A stretch of DNA of 64,000 nucleotides from Eledone cirrhosa (Eukaryota), in NCBI GenBank assembly GCA_964016885.1, contig OZ024740.1:347262001-347326000 (forward strand), given 5' to 3'. How positions within the stretch are numbered: position 1 is the first letter of the stretch; each line of letters opens with the position of its first letter. The position numbers and the translations under genes are program-made. This document shows, in pieces, positions 27,286-42,966 of this stretch. The notes beneath the pieces were generated by a model. That model ran no database searches and was not told the DNA's origin. It worked only from the letters and a program-made list of their open reading frames with translations.

Positions 27286-27387
27286 TGTTTCTACTTTAGG
27301 CACAAGGCCAGCAATTACCCAGTACATTACTGGTACTTTATTTTATCGACCCCGTAAGGATGAAAGGCAAAGTTAACCTCGGCGGGA
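27286..27387 (-). mobile_element. 5'-truncated SINE with 18-bp TSD
   Basis: 3' half of the consensus; TSD ttattcgatatagataat at 27268-27285 and 27388-27405. Confidence 0.9.
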
Positions 27388-28855
27388 TTATTCGATATAG
27401 ATAATAGTCATTAGAGTAAGTCTGATATTTAATAACCACTAATGAAATAATCAGGCATGTTTCGGCCTAACTTCGCAGGTATTTTTCTTCAGTATATTAT
27501 AAAGGAAATAGCAACTACAACATCGTCGTGTTACACTTGCTGTCTTGAAAAAATATTAAATTGGAAAATTTTGCCCTCTATATATAAAGGTACGCTTGCT
27601 CATGAATGGAACTGAACTGATCATAGGTCTACTGGATCGACGCTGACATGGCACTAAATATCATCGACTCTGTAGAAAATAGTTTCAGTTTTAAATAAAC
27701 ATACTGGAATTATATAACCGTGTTTTCAGTATTGAGATTTTGGAGCTCATATTTCAGAAAGTAAACGAGTTAATCCAGAGATGGGAGAACAACAGAAGTA
27801 TGTAACATTAGAAAATAGCTCTGCAAACAGGAGATAGATTATCTGGTTGATAAGACATAGGATGCAAATTACACAATTGAAAATAGAAAAACAAGCTCCA
27901 GAAGTAACAAATTCAAGGTTTAAATAGATGGTGAATAAAATATAGCAGTACAGTGCGAATAATATTACAAAGAATGCGCTTGCATGATACCTGTGTGGGT
28001 GAGTTAGTAAGAGAGAGATGAACTTGAACCATTCATTTAAGCATATTTAAACTGATTTTGACGCAATTGCAGAAACGATTGCAAAATTATAATGGTAAAA
28101 CTGGATTAGGTAATTCCGAATTTTACTAAATATATTGCATCGTCGTTGCCGAATATTTTGAACGGCTTTTTTAATTCCTTAGATATTTTTATTTCTATTG
28201 TTCACAATTTAAGGTAGGTATGTGTGGCATTCATAAACGGGTTTATGTTCGGGATCAATGAAAATATTCACATTCAACAAAACATATGAAGGTTAACAAA
28301 ATAGTTTAATGGAAAACGTGCATTGACTCAAGTCATCCAAATAAAAATGGGTTGATACACACATTCTTAGTTACCCGGCCTAAATTCTTAAATTTTCAGC
28401 TCAGCTGCATAGAAACATAATAGCTATTTTGTATTGTATGGAGAATATTATTTTCATTTTTGTCTTGTAGACTGTGGTAAGGTTTATTATGTAGCTTTCT
28501 GTATGGTAAAGTTTCATAATATCTCTATATCAACAGAGATTACTTTAAGCAGCTAAAGTTGGGTGGATGGACTAGGTATAGAGCAGCTTGCCTACTATTG
28601 TGATTCGAAGGAACTCCAAAGAAGGGTTGATGGAATTGCCGGATTATTCGCCAACATGGTGACATACAAACACATACACTCATACACACACACACACACA
28701 CACATACACACATATATATACATATATATATATATACATTTTTCTCTCTCTCGTCTACGATTACACAGAACTTACGTTCACCGAATTCACAGACTAGACC
28801 CCTTCTTCCTCCCGTTAGACCTGTACGGAATTCCTTCCTTGCTCACATTCCAACC

Positions 28856-28935
<80 letters not shown>

Positions 28936-29486
28936 TATTTGTATTTGTTTAATAACGTCTAGTTGAGAGCTTTTATTCGGAATGTTGAGCGGAATTTATT
29001 TTCCTTCGTTAACATTTTGAATTTACCCGCCAAAAACCGGGGGTTGCTTCCCTTGTTGGAAATAACATGTGACAACGAAATGATTGAAGTTTGTCTATTG
29101 TAGCGGTCGCATGGAGTTAAGTTCACATCAGTTTGATGCAAAAGAATGAAATGCCTGTCGATGAAGTGATTCCCCTGTTCGATCATGGAATACCACAATC
29201 TTACGTCTTATGTAAGTTGGATGGATGATTTCGGATTTATAGAAACATATCCGACGTATTGCAGAATATCGTTCGATCTGTCCAGGTCGGTTGTTTTAAC
29301 CTGATTAGTTCTTTGGTTGTTTTGGTATTGTATGGTTGGGTTTTGCCTACCGCAATTTTCAATTTGTTAAACGTAATGTTATTACTCTAAGGACCTACCC
29401 TTATTGAGTGCTTTGCTACTCATTCCATATTGTAGGTCGACTTTGCTTTGCCACAGCCAAAGCTTCGATTTTACTAAGCTTCCATT

Positions 29487-29531
<45 letters not shown>

Positions 29532-29550
29532 CTGTGTGTGTGTGTGTGTG

Positions 29551-29589
<39 letters not shown>

Positions 29590-29611
29590 CTCACTTTTTC
29601 TCTCTCTCTCT

Positions 29612-29683
<72 letters not shown>

Positions 29684-29788
29684 GGGGGAGAGAGAGAAAG
29701 AGAGCGAGAGAGAAAGGGAGAGAGAGAGAAAGAATAAAGATAATAGTAATCATAGGCGAGGTGTCAAATTTTCAATACGTTTTTACAG

Positions 29789-29874
29789 GTGTGACGCGCG
29801 TTTCGCGATTGATCAGATCAAGGTATGATCTCCATCGCTCGGGCCCGACTCTGGAATCAAAAGCTCATCAGACT
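29789..29874 (-). ncRNA. Type I hammerhead with extended stem II (family G)
   Basis: Minus: GT-CTGATGA-GCttTTGATt...gATCAAtcGC-GAA-AC-GCGC-GT-C-AC; palindromic ACGCGCGT. Confidence 0.7.
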
Positions 29875-30084
29875 TCTAATGGCAAAATTTTATTTCTAAA
29901 GTGTACGTAGCTTGCTCAACACTGCCTCCAATTTTTGTTGCATGAAGTTTCGATACAGTAAAAGATATTAATTAAAATGTTAAAAGGTAAAATATATTAA
30001 AATGTATTTTTTTTTTAAATATGCATATAAATATACATAAACGTATATAAAAGTACAAAGGTATATACATATGTAGATTTATTG

Positions 30085-30381
<297 letters not shown>

Positions 30382-30450
30382 AAAAAGAGATGAAATCGAA
30401 AATGCAACTGGAGTCTTATTTTTTTTTTAAATATATATATTTATTTGGTT

Positions 30451-30488
30451 CCTTTACCGGTTTCGCAGTTCTTCTGCTTTTCAAAAGG
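30451..30488 (-). ncRNA. Identical mirror copy of the 31573-31610 hammerhead
   Basis: cctttaccggtttcgcagttcttctgcttttcaaaagg is its exact reverse complement. Confidence 0.8.
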
Positions 30489-30856
30489 TGAGTTGAGATG
30501 GAGGGTCTGTGGTTTTTATCACATCTGGTTGGTCTCTGAATGTTACTTGTTTTATATGGAAAAAGTGGCTCGAAATGCCAGGTTTTTCGAGAAGTAATTT
30601 GATTGGTTTGTCAATAATTATAATAAATTTCGCGCCAGTTCGCGTTACAATAGTTCTTCAAATAAGAGCGGGGGTTTGTCACAGGTTGTTTTTTCATATC
30701 GGAGTGTTTGAATTTCTTTTTACTTGAAAAAATGGTCTCACGAAGGCTTTTTTTTTGGTTGGTTATAAATGAAATTATGGCTGTCACGTGAACAAGTTTT
30801 CATTAAATTTGCTTAAGTTTTCATTAAATTTGCTTAAACTTTAATCTGTTATTTTA

Positions 30857-30892
<36 letters not shown>

Positions 30893-31572
30893 GAGGTGTG
30901 GCAGAAAAGTTCCAGGACTGATGTCACAAAAGATTTATTTCAAACCCAAACTTCAGAGAAATGAATTATGGATAGAAAAGTAAATTACGTTTGAGAAATA
31001 TATAATTGAGAAATGATGCAAGAAATTACACTTGGCCAAAATATGAAGATATGACACTCATACACATAAACACACACATCAACACAGATACCCCTACAAA
31101 ATCTGAATTCTGACACCCCAGCGAACTAACCATATTCACTGAACCAGAACAATTCTCCCATCCCTTTCGCTTGACCATTATCTTTCACTTATCATAAAAT
31201 TCTCTACAAAGGCTACAGAATGGATTTCCAAATAAGGGCACGAAAATTTAATGAAAACTTGTTCACGTGACAGCCATAATTTCATTTATAACCAACCAAA
31301 AATAAGCCTTCGTGAGCCCCTTTTTTCAAGTAAAAAGAAATTCAAACACTCATATATGAAAAAAACAACCTGTGACAACCCCCCCCCCCCCCCTCTTATT
31401 TCAAGAACTATTGTAACGCGAACTGGCGCGAAATTTATTATAATTATTGACAAACCAATCAAATTACTTCTCGAAAAACCTGGCATTTCGAGCCACTTTT
31501 TCCATATAAAACAAGTAACATTCAGAGACCAACCAGATGTGATAAAAACCGCAGACCCTCCATCTCAACTCA

Positions 31573-31610
31573 CCTTTTGAAAAGCAGAAGAACTGCGAAA
31601 CCGGTAAAGG
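31573..31610 (+). ncRNA. 38-nt minimal type I hammerhead with U3-A8 core
   Basis: CCTT-TTGAAAA-GCAG-aagaa-CTGC-GAA-AC-cg-GT-A-AAGG; stems I and II are perfect and ACCGGT is palindromic. Confidence 0.8.
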
Positions 31611-31762
31611 AACCAAATAAATATATATATTTAAAAAAAAAATAAGACTCTAGTTGCATTTTCGATTTCATCTCTTTTTCTTTATACTTTCACTCGTGTA
31701 GGACACCTCGGTTATTTTTCATTTTGTAAAAAAACCTCACTTTCTAATATATATATATATAT

Positions 31763-32764
31763 ATAACGAAGGAAATGTGGTAAGGAACCAGGTGGACCAT
31801 AACGCACCAAAGTACTTGGTTTAGACCCCGGATACTTGCCCCCTTTTTGCGACCGCTCCCACTATTTTCCGTGCCTTCTATGTTTCTTAGTGGCACTACG
31901 CCTTATTTTCTCGTTTCAGTATTTCTTTCTTCGCTTTTCTTTTGGGCGGGGTGGATTCTGAATTTATTTTTCCGTATTCTACCTTTACTTCGTACGAAAT
32001 TTCATGTAGCTTGTTTAAGACCTTTTAGAGTTAGCATTAGTATTTTTTTTTTTCGGGACTCAGAATTATTATCTCGTACTAGTTTACTTTGCTGCACTGG
32101 GTGGTTGCTGGCATTATGCCCGGGATAGAAACCTTTATTATTTATCTCGTGGTAGTCTCTTTAGTATTTTGGCCCCATTTGTTGACCTGTCACCGTATGA
32201 TTTACGTACTTATACCTCTTAAAAGGGTCCTTGCCTATTCCGTCCCAATTAGTTCATTTACTTATTTCGTTATTTCTTTATTTCTTTCTTTACTTCTTTC
32301 TTTATTTATTTATTTATTTATCTAGCCTAACAATAGCTAGAGACTTAGGTCGTAGAACTTGCTTTACTTTTTTCTTTACACTTATTCGCTTTTCTTCACT
32401 CTCAGTATTTTTTCTTTCATATATATTTTTACCCCTCATTGTTCTACCTACCGTTCCGACTTCCTCCCCCTCCCCCTCCCCAGTATCTTCTTTGACCTCA
32501 TGCCCAGCTGTAGCTGGCGCTACCAACGCTTGTTTGGGTCTACTCCACCCATCCTCTCTTTCTCCTACTGGGAAGTTTAGCCACCATTTCCCCTACTAAT
32601 TTGCAATCACAGAAATACTACTGACTTTTGACAATCACTTTGACCATATATGGAATTACCCCTTGAGAAGATCGGCTATTTAAATACCAGGATAAATTTT
32701 CATTTAGTCCAGAATTAGCCGTCGAAACGGCTTGAGCTCAGCCGTCGGGATCTTACTGGTTCCT
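31763..32764 (+). mobile_element. Non-coding 3' portion of a family A Naiad PLE with a short inverted pLTR piece at its 5' end
   Basis: From about 31822 it resembles 11347-12218. 31763-31817 is an inverted pLTR end (ataacgaaggaaatgtggtaaggaaccaggtggaccat). Flanked by (TA)n. Confidence 0.8.
32658..32750 (+). ncRNA. Type I hammerhead motif, family A, U3-A8 core
   Basis: acCCC-TTGAGAA-GA(t)CGGCTA...TAGCCGTC-GAA-ACGGCT-tgagctc-AGCCGT-C-GGG: all three stems can form and the cleavage triplet is GUC. Confidence 0.7.
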
Positions 32765-33371
32765 ATATATATATATATATATAAATGTACAAACGAGTTT
32801 ACCCAGCTATGTATTAAATAGCATCACCAACCCGCAATTGGCCAAGCCGGGTGAGTACGGCTACACCCCAGACATAACCAAAACCAAAACATAAAACGGT
32901 AGGGATCAATCAGGAAGGTCTTCCTCCGGTAGGAGTGAAAAAATATTTATTAAAGATATTACTGAGTTACATTGTCATCTTTTCTATTTGTGATTATCTC
33001 TATGAAGATCTTAGTAGTTTATTTTATTTTATTTTAGAACAAGTTAATTGTTTCTTAAGGCTTTTCCCGAGTGTATATTTTGAATGCAGTCGTGATATTG
33101 ACACGTTATCGTAACAGACAGCAAAATATGAGTATGCTTTTGTAGTTCGTAAATTCATCATCATAAAATATAAATGGTTAGCTCCAGGTTACATTTATAG
33201 TTAATTTCCAAAAGCTGTATCTGCATATTCAACTCCTGTTTTGAGTTTTAGTATTGACTACGTCAATAAGAATATTAGTCTTAGCACCACTAGATACGCT
33301 AATGGATTTAGAAACGTTGTCGTTCCAAACTAAACATAAAATTCTAATAAAGGAACACTTAACAACGACAA

Positions 33372-33372
<1 letters not shown>

Positions 33373-33449
<77 letters not shown>

Positions 33450-33500
33450 CAGAGCAGCAGCAGCTGCAGCGGCAGCAGCAGCAGTAGTAGCAGTAGTATC

Positions 33501-33547
<47 letters not shown>

Positions 33548-33563
33548 GTAGTAGTAGTAGTAG
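33373..33563. repeat. (TAG)n/(CAG)n compound microsatellite
   Basis: Direct reading. Confidence 0.95.
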
Positions 33564-33626
33564 TTTGCTCAGTCATTCTCGAAAACACTGGAATAAAATC
33601 CGTGGTATCTGCAACATTAGTATGTT

Positions 33627-33760
33627 GGGCGGTGGATTGGCAGTATCGGTAGAGGGTCGGACGCCATGCTTTGACGCATAGAGTTACGGCCCTTGCCATT
33701 CTGAGTTCAAATCCCGCCGAGGTTAACTTTGCCTTTCATCCTTACGGGATCGATAAATTA
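33627..33760 (+). mobile_element. SINE, 3'-truncated
   Basis: gggcggtggattggcagtatcggtagagggtcggacgcc...catccttacgggatcgataaa. Confidence 0.88.
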
Positions 33761-36389
33761 TTATTAAGAAGACCATTATACGGGTATTTTGTATTAGTTT
33801 CTTTTTCTTCGGTTTTATAGGCGTATCCTGAAAGGTAATAAATAAATTTATTGTTTTCTGAAGCAGTGTTTTACATTGTGATTTTACCATTCAACTTCCT
33901 ACCGTCTCATCATTCTAATATTTTAAAGTAAGCAGCAGACACTTTAAGGTATCGCAATGCTGAGATAAAATATCTGTCCATAAGATTATAAAGAAACAAA
34001 TATTATTTAGACAACGAAACGTGTGACGAGGACATTCCTCCTGCCATCTTGTTTAAAAATACCAAATACAATTAGTCATGTTACAAAATTAGCATGTCAA
34101 TAGTCATGTCTATTTGTGACTAACTTTTTCCGAACCAATGAGAATGCGTACATATAGTCACTCCATCATATCACGAGCTACTGATTTTAAACTAGGAAGG
34201 CCACATTGTAATCTCGATGGGAAGGTTATGGCTGGAATGCCATTGATTATGGGTGGTTGATAGAATTGTACTGAGGTTAATTGACTTATCTGTAGTGAGC
34301 AAACATATTTGAGACTCAGGAGATGTGGTTTCGTAGAATAAAACCACTGAAAACTTAAAATAAGTATAATTCATTCGTAGTATATGATAGCAAATGTCAT
34401 GTTGATTAAAGATTTTTCTAAATTAAAATTATCTTTATATACTAAGCAGTGATCGGGCTGTAGACATACGTCGAAATGTTTTAGCATTTTGAAAAATTAC
34501 TTGTACATGTATCGACATTCAACTGAGATGAGTTGAGAGAGCTTCAACCAGAGTAAACTCGCAGCATCAGAAATGCCCGGCATTCAAAAGTCCTCATCAT
34601 CTCTTGATTCCAACGGTAGAAACGTATACCTGAAGAGAAGCTATCGATTTAAGATCTGACTTGATCATACTAATGAACATTTTGACATATCAGTTTCGCT
34701 GTTTACGCAGGCTAATGTGAGGCGTTGGGGTGACTGTATTGTAACAAAAGTATCACAAAATGAATCAAAAATTGAGATGCAACAGGTGTGGGATTTAAAT
34801 ATATATTGTAATGTTACAAGGTCACATTGTTTCAGTTTCAATTCCCTAATCACAGGGCAAAATCAAAGTATGGTTAAAGAGGCTGTATTGGGATGATGAA
34901 AGATTCCATATAGGTATGAAATAACTAAGGGGCGATTGTGTACTCTGCGTTTGTGTTAATGTACCTGGTAAGACATGTTATATTTGAGTGGCAACAGGTG
35001 CCGAATTAAGAGGGTTTTTCTCGCTTTGTTAAGTCGAATAAGTTTAATATGACTATGAAAGTAAATCTTTTAATTCCACACTTTCTCGATGATAATATAT
35101 AGAGGATACTTTTTCTTACGGAATTGTGGTAAATTTTTGGAACGTCGCATCGCTGTTATTATATTGTAAAACCAAATAAATGCAATTTCATTTCCTGTCT
35201 GAAACAGATTTCAATTGAACAGTGTTTAAAGTGACAATTACATAAAGTTAACCTCAATACATAGGTATCGAAATAATTCATTAGGATATGAGAGATCGAA
35301 TCTTTATTATGCTTATTTTCCCTCTGATGTATTGATATTCATCAATATCTTTCAATTGTCAAATACATATACATTCCTTCGACATTCAATACTTGATTTT
35401 GATGATCTGTATATATATATTGTTTCATTTATGAAACATTAATGCATAAAGCAACTGTTTTTAATAAAGGAACCAGTTTCCAGTGTGATTATGTAATTAG
35501 TAAAATCCTTCATACGACAATACTGAATATATTTTTTCAACAAAGCTTAGATTATTGTTTAAATGTAAACTTTTAATCATATAAAAGCAAATACTGTCAT
35601 GTAAATTACTAGAAAATCAATTAAATGTTCGTATGAAAAATCCTCTTTGACATAACTAAAGTTACGTGTAAAGAGGAGAATGCATCGCGAATAATTTTTG
35701 AACCATGCTCCCATATAGAAAATAACACAAATTTAAAAGAATGACGACCCATATAATCACAGGAAACAAAAATTAAACAGAAATTATTTCTCGAAGTTCC
35801 TATTAATGTTATGAATATATGCTACTCATTGAATGAGAAAGCAGTTCAACTCCTGAAGCCATTAATCATCCATATACTTGTGCGAAGTAGAATTTTCTGT
35901 TATGGCTTCACTGAAGACAAAGAAAATAAATCGACACCAACTGATATTGGAATGCGATTGGCAGCTCTAAGCTCTTAAGCCGAATTTAATAACAAAAAAG
36001 GTCCACGAAACGAAATCGCATTAATTATTCTTATCATTAATATAATTTTCAAAAATATTATTCGTTTATGTTTTTAATATAGCATCCATCTGATGATGAA
36101 GAGACCTTATTATGAAAGCATCTACCATTGTTAAGTCCAATCCTTTTCTATTCAATTTTCAGATTCTGTTAAGCTATAGTTGCATAGTGTGTACTATTCC
36201 ACCTTTAATTCTTAGAATGCTTATTCTATTTTATTTATTTTCTTTGTTTATAATTACCTGAGCATATGTACCCTACAAATATTTTTATGTACAGAAATAT
36301 TTTAAGTGCAGAATTCTGCAAATATTTATTTTAATTTCTGTAAACTATTCTGTGTGAAATAATTTTCAAGAATTGATTTGAGTACAATA

Positions 36390-36585
36390 TAGTGGGTTAG
36401 ATTCCATGAGTGGTTGGTGCATTCTGTCTTTGGGTGAGACATTTCAATACACTTTACTTCATTAACTCAGCTGAGACTGTAGCAACACCATCTGCAGGAT
36501 TAGAACTGCAATGGACTGGCGATCCGTCGAGGAAGAACTCTTGTACTCCCAGTCGCTAAAATCTATCGACTCGTAATAAGCTGCC
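36390..36585 (+). mobile_element. Old SINE of a second family (CORE/V-like central motifs)
   Basis: tgtctttgggtgagacattt...actcagctg...ctgcaatggactggcgatccgtcgagg...tactcccagtcgct resembles conserved SINE body motifs as I recall them. Single copy in this window. Confidence 0.45.
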
Positions 36586-38004
36586 TGCTTCGTCTAACCT
36601 GTGCAAGTATGAAAGCACCGACATAAATGCAAACCCTACCACTCTATGATGTCTTTTTTAAATAGCAATTTTGGAGACAATGGGTTAATATGACAATAAA
36701 CTATACAAGAGAACCACGGTAATCCTGTATTATTTCAAATTTAAATGAAAATAATTGTCATCGAATTTGCAGCACACTAACAAGATTTAAAATCGAATGA
36801 AGTTGTTTATTTTTCCCAGTCTAGGTCATTAAAAAGAAATGAAGTCGAAATGTTAGATATCTCTACTTATTGTACTAGTTACTAATATAATTGGTTAGCT
36901 TTATTGTGTTGAAGTTTACCGAGACAACATCACTAGTCAGTCTCATTTAGTCCCAGTAAATTCAGTGAATCTTTCGAAGAAAACTTTGCAATTGTGTAGA
37001 AATAAACGCAGTAATTTACATATAGAAATCGAACACGAAACATTTCAAATTACTAACTAAATTTATTAAACCATCTTTCTGTACTTAGTGACGGCAGAAT
37101 CGAGAAACAAAAATCTCATAAACGCGGGCATTGGCCAACATGTACACAGTTTTTCAATGCCATTTGTTAGTCTGTTTTTCAATCCCAGATGGAAATAAAA
37201 CATTTGTTAAAAAATAACAAAAATGTGTAGAGAAATATAACAAAATAAACCTGCAATATTAAAAGGAAAGAACAAGGAAGAAAATAGAATGAAAGAAATA
37301 CAGTATTACGATTTGGTATCGAATTCTTTTATGATAAACACTGCTAAGAAGGAAAGACATTTTAAAAACCAAACCTGAAGAGGCTAGGGCGTAAAACCAA
37401 GGACGGCAACAACAATAGCAAAAATAAGTACCAAATATATAAAACCAACAATAAAAATACTTTCCAATTTACCATCCGATATTTGTTCTAGTAGATTCGT
37501 GATTTCTTAATTTATTTTTCTATTATTTGCTTTTGTATATATTTTTTACGTTTTGTTCTATTTTCTTTTGTGTAATTTTGGTCTATGTTTTGAAATGTGT
37601 GTTATATGTTTTTTGTTGATCGTATTGTTTTTGGTTTTGTGAAACTGTTAGCTATTTTCTGTAGTGTTATAGACATTTATATTTTGTTTTTGTTCGTTGT
37701 TGTAACTTTTGTTGGTGTTTTTCTGGCTATTGTTGTCGACAGTGTTCTTCATGTCGTTGTTGGTAATGTTTTTGTTATGGTTGCGATGATGATGCTGGTG
37801 GTGCTTCAGTTATTTTGTTTCCACTCATTTCATGATCGTAATAGAAAAAGTCTTTAAAATGCCCATTCTCTTTCTTTGCATAAGTTACTCGTTGACAATC
37901 AGTTCGATCTCAGACGAATACATTTATTTTATTTTATTATAATTCCTGTTGATGTTTTTGTTATTATATGCTGTTAACATCTTTCCATTTAAATTATTCT
38001 AACT

Positions 38005-38370
<366 letters not shown>

Positions 38371-38788
38371 CCTTCTTACTCACATATCTTTCTATAAACG
38401 TATTTCTTCATTACTGTCTTTCGATATTTATTTCTATTCTTATTGTTAATTTTTTATTTTTTTTATTTAACTATGATTTTTTCATTTAATTCTCCATCCC
38501 TTTCTTTTCAAGTTCTTTCGTATTCGTTCTCTATCTCCCTTTTTACTGTACATCTCGTGTACGATCTGCCTACACATTTTGTATTTCCTAACTTCAACCT
38601 CTGTCAACTTCATTATCCTTAATTTTATTTTTACTTTTTATTTGATTACATTACATTTTCTAGTTTATTTTATTTTATTAACTTATCAATTCAAACATGC
38701 GTGCATTCATTTTAGTTTCCAATGCACCACCTCTCTCTTTTCCTCACTCCGTCTCTCTTTCCCTCTGCATATATATATATATATATAT

Positions 38789-38830
<42 letters not shown>

Positions 38831-39146
38831 GCACCGATATATATATATATATATAATTCTGTCTATCTCTGTCTCTCTCATTCTCTCCATTGAGTTTTCT
38901 AGAAATTTCTGTCAGCTTATTTTGACTTTTTTGTCTTCTGGTTCTTATTATATACATTCTTCTGTATCTCTCTTTTTTTCATACTCTTCCTTTCACTCTC
39001 CTTTTTCTTTCCTTTTCACCTACGATTCTCTGTTTCTTGCATTCTCATGTTTATCTATATAACTCGCAAACTATTCCATATAATTATATCTATCCGTTTA
39101 ACTATTTATTCACATTTCTATGTCACTTACTTTCTGTCCACTTCTC

Positions 39147-39209
<63 letters not shown>

Positions 39210-39232
39210 GTGTGTGTATGTGTGTGTGTGTG

Positions 39233-39279
<47 letters not shown>

Positions 39280-39466
39280 TTCATTTACACGTAGAATCAT
39301 CTTTTTTATATATAACTATTTATGCGATACATTCATTTATCTCTCTCTAAATCTTCATTTGCCTCATTCATTCCTCTCCCTTCTTTCTCTGTCTTTTTTA
39401 TACACACACGCGCGTATATATATATATTTATATACGTTCATTTAACGAAGTGTCTATATACCTAAC

Positions 39467-39551
<85 letters not shown>

Positions 39552-39822
39552 CTGACGAGGTATCTAACGATATGTGTGTTTTTCCATTTGTTTGTGGTGT
39601 CACCATATATATCTAACTATTTATTTATTTGAAAACGTTTGTAAAATGAAATAAAGAATCTTCCATTTTACTACCCTAAAGTAAGTGTATGGAACACAGA
39701 CAATATCAACGGTAATATGGTCCTGCAGGTTTGAACAACTTAATCAATTAACGGCCAACATACACAACAATATATAATTTTAAAACCCAAGAAAAACACA
39801 TACACAAGTATATATACACGAG

Positions 39823-39940
<118 letters not shown>

Positions 39941-40469
39941 TTATTTGTTTATGGTGTGTGTGTGTATGAGTATGGATATAAGAAAAATATATATAAATAT
40001 ACATAAATACATGGATGGATAAATACTTACATATATTCAACTACATATAATGAGTCACATATACACATAAGTGCATAGAGCAATACATACAAGTACATTG
40101 CATATATATTTCTTTATCTTCATTGGTATGTTGTATTTCATTGCTATTTCATATGTACTACTACTTTTCAGATTTTCAATTTTTTTTTCTTTTCATTTCA
40201 GTTCATTCAATTTCGCTCTTCTTTGTCCAGTACTTTAATGAAAAATGTTCGTTCATTTATATTTATTTAGTTTTCGTTATTATTAAAACAATTATTATTA
40301 TTATTACTATTATTAATATTATTATTTGTATTAGTAGCCGTTGTTGTAGTAAAGGGAGATTGTTAGACAGACACTGACACGTAAACACACACGCATACAG
40401 ACACTCGCTCATAGACTCTCGCTCTCTCTCACACACACACACGCGCACACACACACACACACACACAAA

Positions 40470-40538
40470 ACTTTTATACTCTGCTATGTATTGAATACCT
40501 TACTTACTGTGGTTACCTCCGATTCAACCCGGAATAAC
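40470..40538 (+). mobile_element. Family B pLTR tail fragment
   Basis: tttatactctgctatgtattgaataccttacttactgtggttacctccgattcaacccggaataac. Confidence 0.75.
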
Positions 40539-41217
40539 GTATATATATATATATATATTCATGCCCCTTTATTATACGTGTATAAATGCATACATACAAT
40601 ATTACATATATTTATATGTGTGTTCTTCTGGTTATATTATTTTATACATTTTCACCTATAGAAAGAGCTTGTTTCTAACATAGAAAGGAGACTCTTTTAT
40701 TGAATTTTAGCCAACCTCAACTAGGTAAATGTGATACGTATGTATGAATGTACATATTTGTGTGCACATGTGTGCTGCTGTTGTTGTCATTGCATGTGTA
40801 GATTTGTATACTTTGCATTATACGTGTACATGTGCATGTTTCTGTGTATATGTTTATGCAGTTATTACGAGTTTAATTACGTAAACGTTTGGTTGTTTTT
40901 ATTTTTACATTTACTTTAATAGACTGTATTTGCAACGTACTACCTGGCCGTAGAGATTTGTACTGGCACAGTTACTAACATATCCAAGAATCGTTGACAG
41001 TTACAAACCTAAATGTATAATCAGCGTGAGGTATCTGCAGATTTCACATTAGCTCAGCATAGATGTTCTCATATTCGCTAATCTTTAGCATTGACAATTG
41101 CTGCCCAGGTGATTTCTACTACTGCTCAGACCTATTTTTCCCTGTCATTATTCCCACTGTATTAATATTTATAATAATAATAATAATAAAACCTACTAGG
41201 TGCTAGATCTTCGTTAC

Positions 41218-41304
41218 ATTGACGCACGTTTCATGATTTAGCAGCTCCAGGTAACGATCTACATTGATCTGGCTCGACTCTGGAATCAAAAGCTCGTCAG
41301 ACTT
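41218..41304 (-). ncRNA. Second family G hammerhead
   Basis: Minus: gaagt-CTGACGA-gcttttgattccagagtcgag...aaatcat-GAAAC-gtgc-GTC; shares gcttttgattccagagtcg with the 29.8 kb copy. Confidence 0.6.
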
Positions 41305-41427
41305 CAGTAATGGTAATGACAAAATGATTCTTTTACAATTTTGAAAAAGTTCATATCAGTTCTCATTCATTTCTGGTCAATTTTACTTCATTTTGGTTCC
41401 TAATCTAAACATATATATATATATATA

Positions 41428-42184
41428 CTAGCTAAACTACCCGTCCTTTGGACGGTTCAAGTAGCTTTCGATGTATCTCATTAAACTAAACAAAGTAAAT
41501 TTGAATACATAGAAGAAAAACGTACTTTATGTAAACATGAAAACCTGAGGCACTATTCCAGCGAAATAATTAATATGTGAGCTCGGCGTCATCCGTTATA
41601 CCATGTAACAACAGAAATCCAGTCTAGGTATAAATGTTTTCGACAACAGTAAAAGCGCATCATGAAATAGAGAAGTGAAGTGAATAATAGACACTATTAT
41701 GTACAAAGCATAATATTGTAAAAGTTATGTCATCACTTAATGTATGAACATCAAGCTTGAAACGATAAATTATACAATGTCAAATCTATAACTTAACTTA
41801 GTAATCTGTTAGAAATTGCTGGTTGTGAAATATACAAAATGATATTGTTATTCTCAAGGAAGCGTACCTTTTGTTTCAAGTAAAAAGAGTAAATTAAAAT
41901 CCGAATGAGCCGAATTACGAAAGATAACTCTTGTCTGACTTAACGATAACTCTTGTCTTACTTAATCACGAAAATTCACGCAAATAACCGAAAAGTTTTT
42001 AATGTCTCCAAAGGCCCCAATATCGATTTTTGAAAGCCTTAGTAGATCATGTACAGATTTTGTGCAAGGAAAAGCTCTGTAAAAAATTTCAAAGAAATCG
42101 CATGAATGGTCTAGAATATATGAACCCTCATTATAAATTGTCCACACACACATACAGAAAACTTCGTCTTTATATATATACAGA
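41428..42184 (-). mobile_element. Non-autonomous Helitron
   Basis: Minus strand begins a|TCtgtatatatataaag and ends in hairpin CCGTCC-aaa-GGACGG (41441-41455) followed about 10 nt later by CTAG|t. A/T insertion site, no TSD. Confidence 0.8.
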
Positions 42185-42217
42185 TATATGTGTGTGTGTA
42201 TTTGTGTATGTGGGGGG

Positions 42218-42287
<70 letters not shown>

Positions 42288-42513
42288 ACGTGCTTGAGTG
42301 GGTGTATATGTGTGCGTGTGTGTGTAAAAAGTAAACAGAAATAACAAAGCAAACGAAATAATAGGAAAAGATTTTTAACGTTTTGAACACTAGTCCATCT
42401 TCAAAAGATAGCATGAGAAATAAAAGATGAAATATAAAGATAAAGAGTCAAAAGGGAATGGAAAGGAAAATAATTGAGAAAAAAAAATACATGCGTATTC
42501 ATTCAGCTATATC

Positions 42514-42591
<78 letters not shown>

Positions 42592-42780
42592 TGTGTTTGT
42601 ATGTATATATTTTGGGGAACGTTATCCTGTTAAAAAAACGGAAGGGAACCCACAACTAAATTATGTTACACAATGAAGCAAGTAAAGGGTGTACTCATTG
42701 TCATTCGGTGTTGTAACAACATGCGGTGGATAAATAGAAAATTAACAATCTACTGCCTGGAATTCAGACACCTTTCTTTT

Positions 42781-42966
42781 GGTGGATTGGCAGTATCGGT
42801 AGGGGATCGGACGCCATGCTTTCCAACATAGTTACGTCCCTTTACAATCTGAGTTCAAATCCCGCCGAGGTTGACTTTGCCTTTCATCCTTACGGGGTCG
42901 ATAAAATAAAGTACCAGTAATGCACTGGGTAATTGCTGGCCTTGTGCCTAAAGTAGAAACAATTAT
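42781..42966 (+). mobile_element. tRNA-derived SINE
   Basis: Matches the family consensus along its length. Confidence 0.9.

Noticed and set aside
25650-28400. Long microsatellite-poor stretch as host exons or an old transposase (also 33800-37100 and 56700-58100)
   Set aside because: No sustained ORF or recognisable motif by eye; needs a translated homology search.
31080-31250. Decayed GIY-YIG C-terminus upstream of the right inverted arm
   Set aside because: Only vague similarity (NHIH, PFRLTIIF) across stops and frameshifts; insufficient to call.
36090-36125. CTGATGA...GAAAG as a hammerhead
   Set aside because: No stem I, II or III pairing; likely chance.
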